Part shown: in pieces, positions 61,020-64,000 of the stretch
Numbering within the stretch: position 1 is the first letter of the stretch
Layout: each line of letters begins with the position of its first letter
Assembly (NCBI GenBank): GCA_965218425.1
Contig: OZ244621.1
Coordinates: 224,001-288,000 of the forward strand
Reading direction: 5' to 3'
DNA: 64,000 nt
From: an uncultured Candidatus Binatia bacterium
GTDB lineage: Bacteria; Desulfobacterota; Binatia; UBA9968; CAXXLF01
The notes under the pieces: generated by a model
The model's database searches: none
What the model was told of the DNA's origin: nothing
Seen by the model: the letters and a program-made list of their open reading frames with translations, nothing else
Translations under genes and position numbers: made by a program

Positions 61020-62273
61020 TTACTTGTTTCCTAACCTGTCGTGCACCTGGGTTCCAAGGATGATTGCCGTGGCGCTGGCCATGAAACCTAGAAATCCAAA
61101 CGCAGCCCAGAATCCTAGGATAGCCGAGAGCAACGCAAACATGGAGGTACTGGCGGGCGACCCCACGGTACCGATGGTATGCCAAACGCCATAGAACTTT
61201 CCCCGGGCCTTTGCCGGCGCAATGTCGGAGCCCAAGGTCTGCATGTTGCCGCCTGTAATGCCGTTGCTGGCGTAAACGCAGATGTAAGCCAGAACAAAAA
61301 TATGGACTGGCATCTGGAAATAATCCGCAATGCCGATGAAAATCATGGCGACCGTGAGCAGCGAGAAACCAGGCACCAAAGTGGCCTTGCGTCCGAAGCG
61401 GTCCATGATGTAACCCGAGCAGATGGTGATGGGGATGCCAACGGCCGTCACGGCCGTCGCGAGGATCCCGATGGTCTGCGGCAACAAATGATAGACGTAG
61501 GCGCCGTAGAAGTTGAGCTGACCGGAAAATATGGGGCCCCGTGTCATTCCAGCAAAGAGCTGAGCAACAAAGAAAATTATGACCTGATAGGTGAACAAAG
61601 CCCGCAACCCCGATTCCTCGGTCTCCTGCTCTTTAGTCCCTTGACCACCGAATTTCCCCGTCAAATGGGGAGCCGTCTCCTTAGTCAGCTTGAAACTGGG
61701 GATGATCGCAATGAGGGACAGTAACGCGAGGGCAATGAACGGAGCACGGATGTCCCAGTAGCCGGCGAGAAGTCCCCCGAGGGCCGGTGAGAAGAGTCGG
61801 CCGGAATGCTGCATTGCGGCCATGGTGGTAATCTGGCGGCCCCGTTCCCGGTCGGCGCCGGTATCGGCGATCATGGCCAGCCTGCCCAGGTGCCACATCT
61901 GCTGCCCTACCCCACCGATAAAGCGATAAACAAGCAATTCGAAAAAGGAACGCGCCACGGCAACCAGCAACGAAGAAACCGCAAGGATGATGGGGCCGGT
62001 AAGAAGGATCTTTCTGCGACCGAGGCGATCCATCAGCAAGCCAATGGGAAAACTCGAAAGGGTGACCCCCAATTGGTGCACGATGATCACCAAGGAGGCA
62101 ATCTCAAAGGAGACACCGAAGGACCTGGCGTAGACGGGAAGCGCCGGAACAATGATCCCGGTGCCCACCGCAAGGGTCATGGCCGGAACATAGATGGATA
62201 GAAAATTTTGCCGCGAGTAGATTCCGCCACCACCACTAGCCACGAGCCGCACCTGCGGGAGAGGCAAAACCAC
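61020..62273 (-). CDS. MFS transporter
   Basis: G.LMDRLGRR and G.IMDRFGRK motifs, with about 12 hydrophobic segments. Confidence 0.92.
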   Translation of the reverse strand: MVLPLPQVRLVASGGGGIYSRQNFLSIYVPAMTLAVGTGIIVPALPVYARSFGVSFEIASLVIIVHQLGVTLSSFPIGLLMDRLGRRKILLTGPIILAVSSLLVAVARSFFELLVYRFIGGVGQQMWHLGRLAMIADTGADRERGRQITTMAAMQHSGRLFSPALGGLLAGYWDIRAPFIALALLSLIAIIPSFKLTKETAPHLTGKFGGQGTKEQETEESGLRALFTYQVIIFFVAQLFAGMTRGPIFSGQLNFYGAYVYHLLPQTIGILATAVTAVGIPITICSGYIMDRFGRKATLVPGFSLLTVAMIFIGIADYFQMPVHIFVLAYICVYASNGITGGNMQTLGSDIAPAKARGKFYGVWHTIGTVGSPASTSMFALLSAILGFWAAFGFLGFMASATAIILGTQVHDRLGNK

Positions 62274-62454
62274 CTGGGATCAGGGGTTTGAATTTGTTAG
62301 CGTGCATCCTCATCCTCTCTTCTTCTTTTCAAATCGAAACCAAACTTTCAATCCTTATCATACTGGGAAGCCAATATGGAATAGCGACGCCCATAAGGTT
62401 GCAGGAGTGAAACCGTATAGATAGTATCCGAATTCCGCGGAGAAGGAGTCAAAC

Positions 62455-63507
62455 ATGAAATTCAGTCTGTTTACCGAAGTGCAGTGTCCTGCTGGGGTGT
62501 CACCCGTCAAGCGTCTGGATGATTTCCTGGTACAGGCGGAAAATGCGGATGAATTGGACTACCATGGCTTGTGGATTTCAGAACTCCACTTCCAACCTGA
62601 GTTCTCGGTCTTCTCCGCCCCCTACCCCGTGCTTGGCGCCGTGTCCCAACGTACCAAAAGGATTCGCATGGGAGTAGCCGTAAATATTCTTCCCGTTCAC
62701 CACCCACTTCAGTTGGCCGAGCAAGCGGCCATGATTGATCTCCTTTCCCACGGCCGCATGGACTTCGCCATTGGCATGGGCCATTTTCATTCGAGGGTCT
62801 ATGAGGGTTTCGGGGTGGAGCAGGAAAAAGGCAGAGAGATGATGGAAGAGAGCGTAGAAGTGATCCGGGCGGCCTGGACGCAAGAAGTTTTAAAATTCGA
62901 GGGCAGATTTCATCGTATCCCAGAAGTGGTACCTAACCCCCGGCCACTTCAGCAACCTCACCCTCCTATCTATACCGCCACCGGGTCCCCCGACGGAATC
63001 GAGCTTGCCGCCCGCCTGGGCCTCAACCTGTTATTACCGCTCCACACCCTGACCCGTGAGAGGGTCAAAGAATCTGCCGCTTCCTACTGGGAGTGTCTTG
63101 AAAAACACGGACGTAATCGGTCCGAAGGGGAAATAGGATTGTTGGTCCCGGTTCATATCGCCGGGTCTGCACAGGAGGCACAGGAACGGGCCCAGACCGG
63201 TATCATGGACTACTACGCAGTAATCCGCAAGGTTCGATACGATTACCGAGATTGGTGGATACGACGCGGTCTGGATCCCTCGCGTCTGCGCCGACCCGCA
63301 TGGGAGGGAATCACCTATGAAAGAATCCGCAACGAACATGCGGTGCTAGCTGATCCCCATACGGCAGTGGCGGAATTGCGGGGCCTTCAACAGGAAACGG
63401 GCGCAAACCACATCCTGTGCTGGATGAACATGGGAAGTATTTCCCAGGAGCTGGTCCTTGATTCCATGGAAAGGTTCGCCCACGGTGTCATGCCGAACTT
63501 GCTTTGA
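62455..63507 (+). CDS. LLM-class flavin-dependent oxidoreductase
   Basis: W.SE.HF, HPLQLAEQAAMID.LS.GR and PRPLQQPHPP motifs. Confidence 0.92.
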   Translation: MKFSLFTEVQCPAGVSPVKRLDDFLVQAENADELDYHGLWISELHFQPEFSVFSAPYPVLGAVSQRTKRIRMGVAVNILPVHHPLQLAEQAAMIDLLSHGRMDFAIGMGHFHSRVYEGFGVEQEKGREMMEESVEVIRAAWTQEVLKFEGRFHRIPEVVPNPRPLQQPHPPIYTATGSPDGIELAARLGLNLLLPLHTLTRERVKESAASYWECLEKHGRNRSEGEIGLLVPVHIAGSAQEAQERAQTGIMDYYAVIRKVRYDYRDWWIRRGLDPSRLRRPAWEGITYERIRNEHAVLADPHTAVAELRGLQQETGANHILCWMNMGSISQELVLDSMERFAHGVMPNLL

Positions 63508-63518
63508 GCCGCAAGGAA

Positions 63519-64000
63519 TTAGTGCCCGGAGTTCTCCCACACGGCGAGGGCGACCCGGCAACACAGGGTGTCCTGCTCTGCCCGACTGCCCCCAGCCACT
63601 CCGATCCCGCCGATGATGGCAACTCCATCGACGATGACAATACCGCCTCCTGTAGGAGTGATGCGACCGCGATGGGAAACCATGAGGCTGCGCAGCCAGG
63701 CCTGCCGGGCTTGTGGCACCAACTCCTCGGTGGGTACGTGAAAGGCGGCCGCCGTGTAGGCCTTATGAAAGGCAAGCTCCGCCGTCCTCGGGTTAGCCTC
63801 GTCCATCCTCCCTACGGCAATGGGGCAACCGGCCTCATCAACCACCGCAACGGCCACCTTCATCCCCTCCTTACTGGCATACGCATGCGTCGCATTGACC
63901 ATCTCCCATGCCTTCTCCATGGGAACGGGACCAACATCCGGTTTATTTTGCCGAAAGAAGCTGGCGTTGACCTCCAGCGAGTGCTTGTGCTCGGCTGGTA
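63519..64000 (-). CDS. GlcG/HbpS-like heme-binding domain protein; frame is open to the window edge
   Basis: VAVVDEAG, RMD, KAYTA and GGIGVAG motifs. Confidence 0.85.
   Translation of the reverse strand, partial: PAEHKHSLEVNASFFRQNKPDVGPVPMEKAWEMVNATHAYASKEGMKVAVAVVDEAGCPIAVGRMDEANPRTAELAFHKAYTAAAFHVPTEELVPQARQAWLRSLMVSHRGRITPTGGGIVIVDGVAIIGGIGVAGGSRAEQDTLCCRVALAVWENSGH

Overview
Bacterial chromosomal window, probably from a deltaproteobacterial (Ca. Binatia-like) genome. That assignment is inferred from gene content, not proven. Bases 1-9.2 kb hold an apparently intact minus-strand Myxococcus-type (I-B/MYXAN, Cmx8-DevR-DevS) CRISPR-Cas locus: cas6-cas3-cas8-cas7-cas5-cas4/1-cas2-leader-array, with the array running off the window edge. 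A hidden in-frame Cas11 start lies inside cas8, and a small antisense phage-type insert sits between cas5 and cas4/1. Bases 9.3-13.7 kb are mobile-element debris (RAYT-like tails, a duplicated 200-bp structured IS-end-like segment flanking a ZIP transporter, an IS110 fragment, a prophage remnant). The rest is catabolic and transport genes: orphan solute-binding proteins, two Rieske oxygenases, phthalate-pathway-like genes, two UbiD decarboxylases, LigB, cupins, LLM oxidoreductases, amidohydrolases, a xanthine-dehydrogenase-family triad, AsmA and an MFS transporter. This part is heavily eroded, with roughly 20 pseudogenes or fragments, an IS3 insertion and an IS256-derived miniature element. 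The most unusual unexplained signal is that about a dozen intergenic regions are strand-polarised mosaics built from a shared vocabulary of about 8 short 7- to 9-nt-period repeat modules. Two of these mosaics flip polarity around a shared core and form a long inverted pair.
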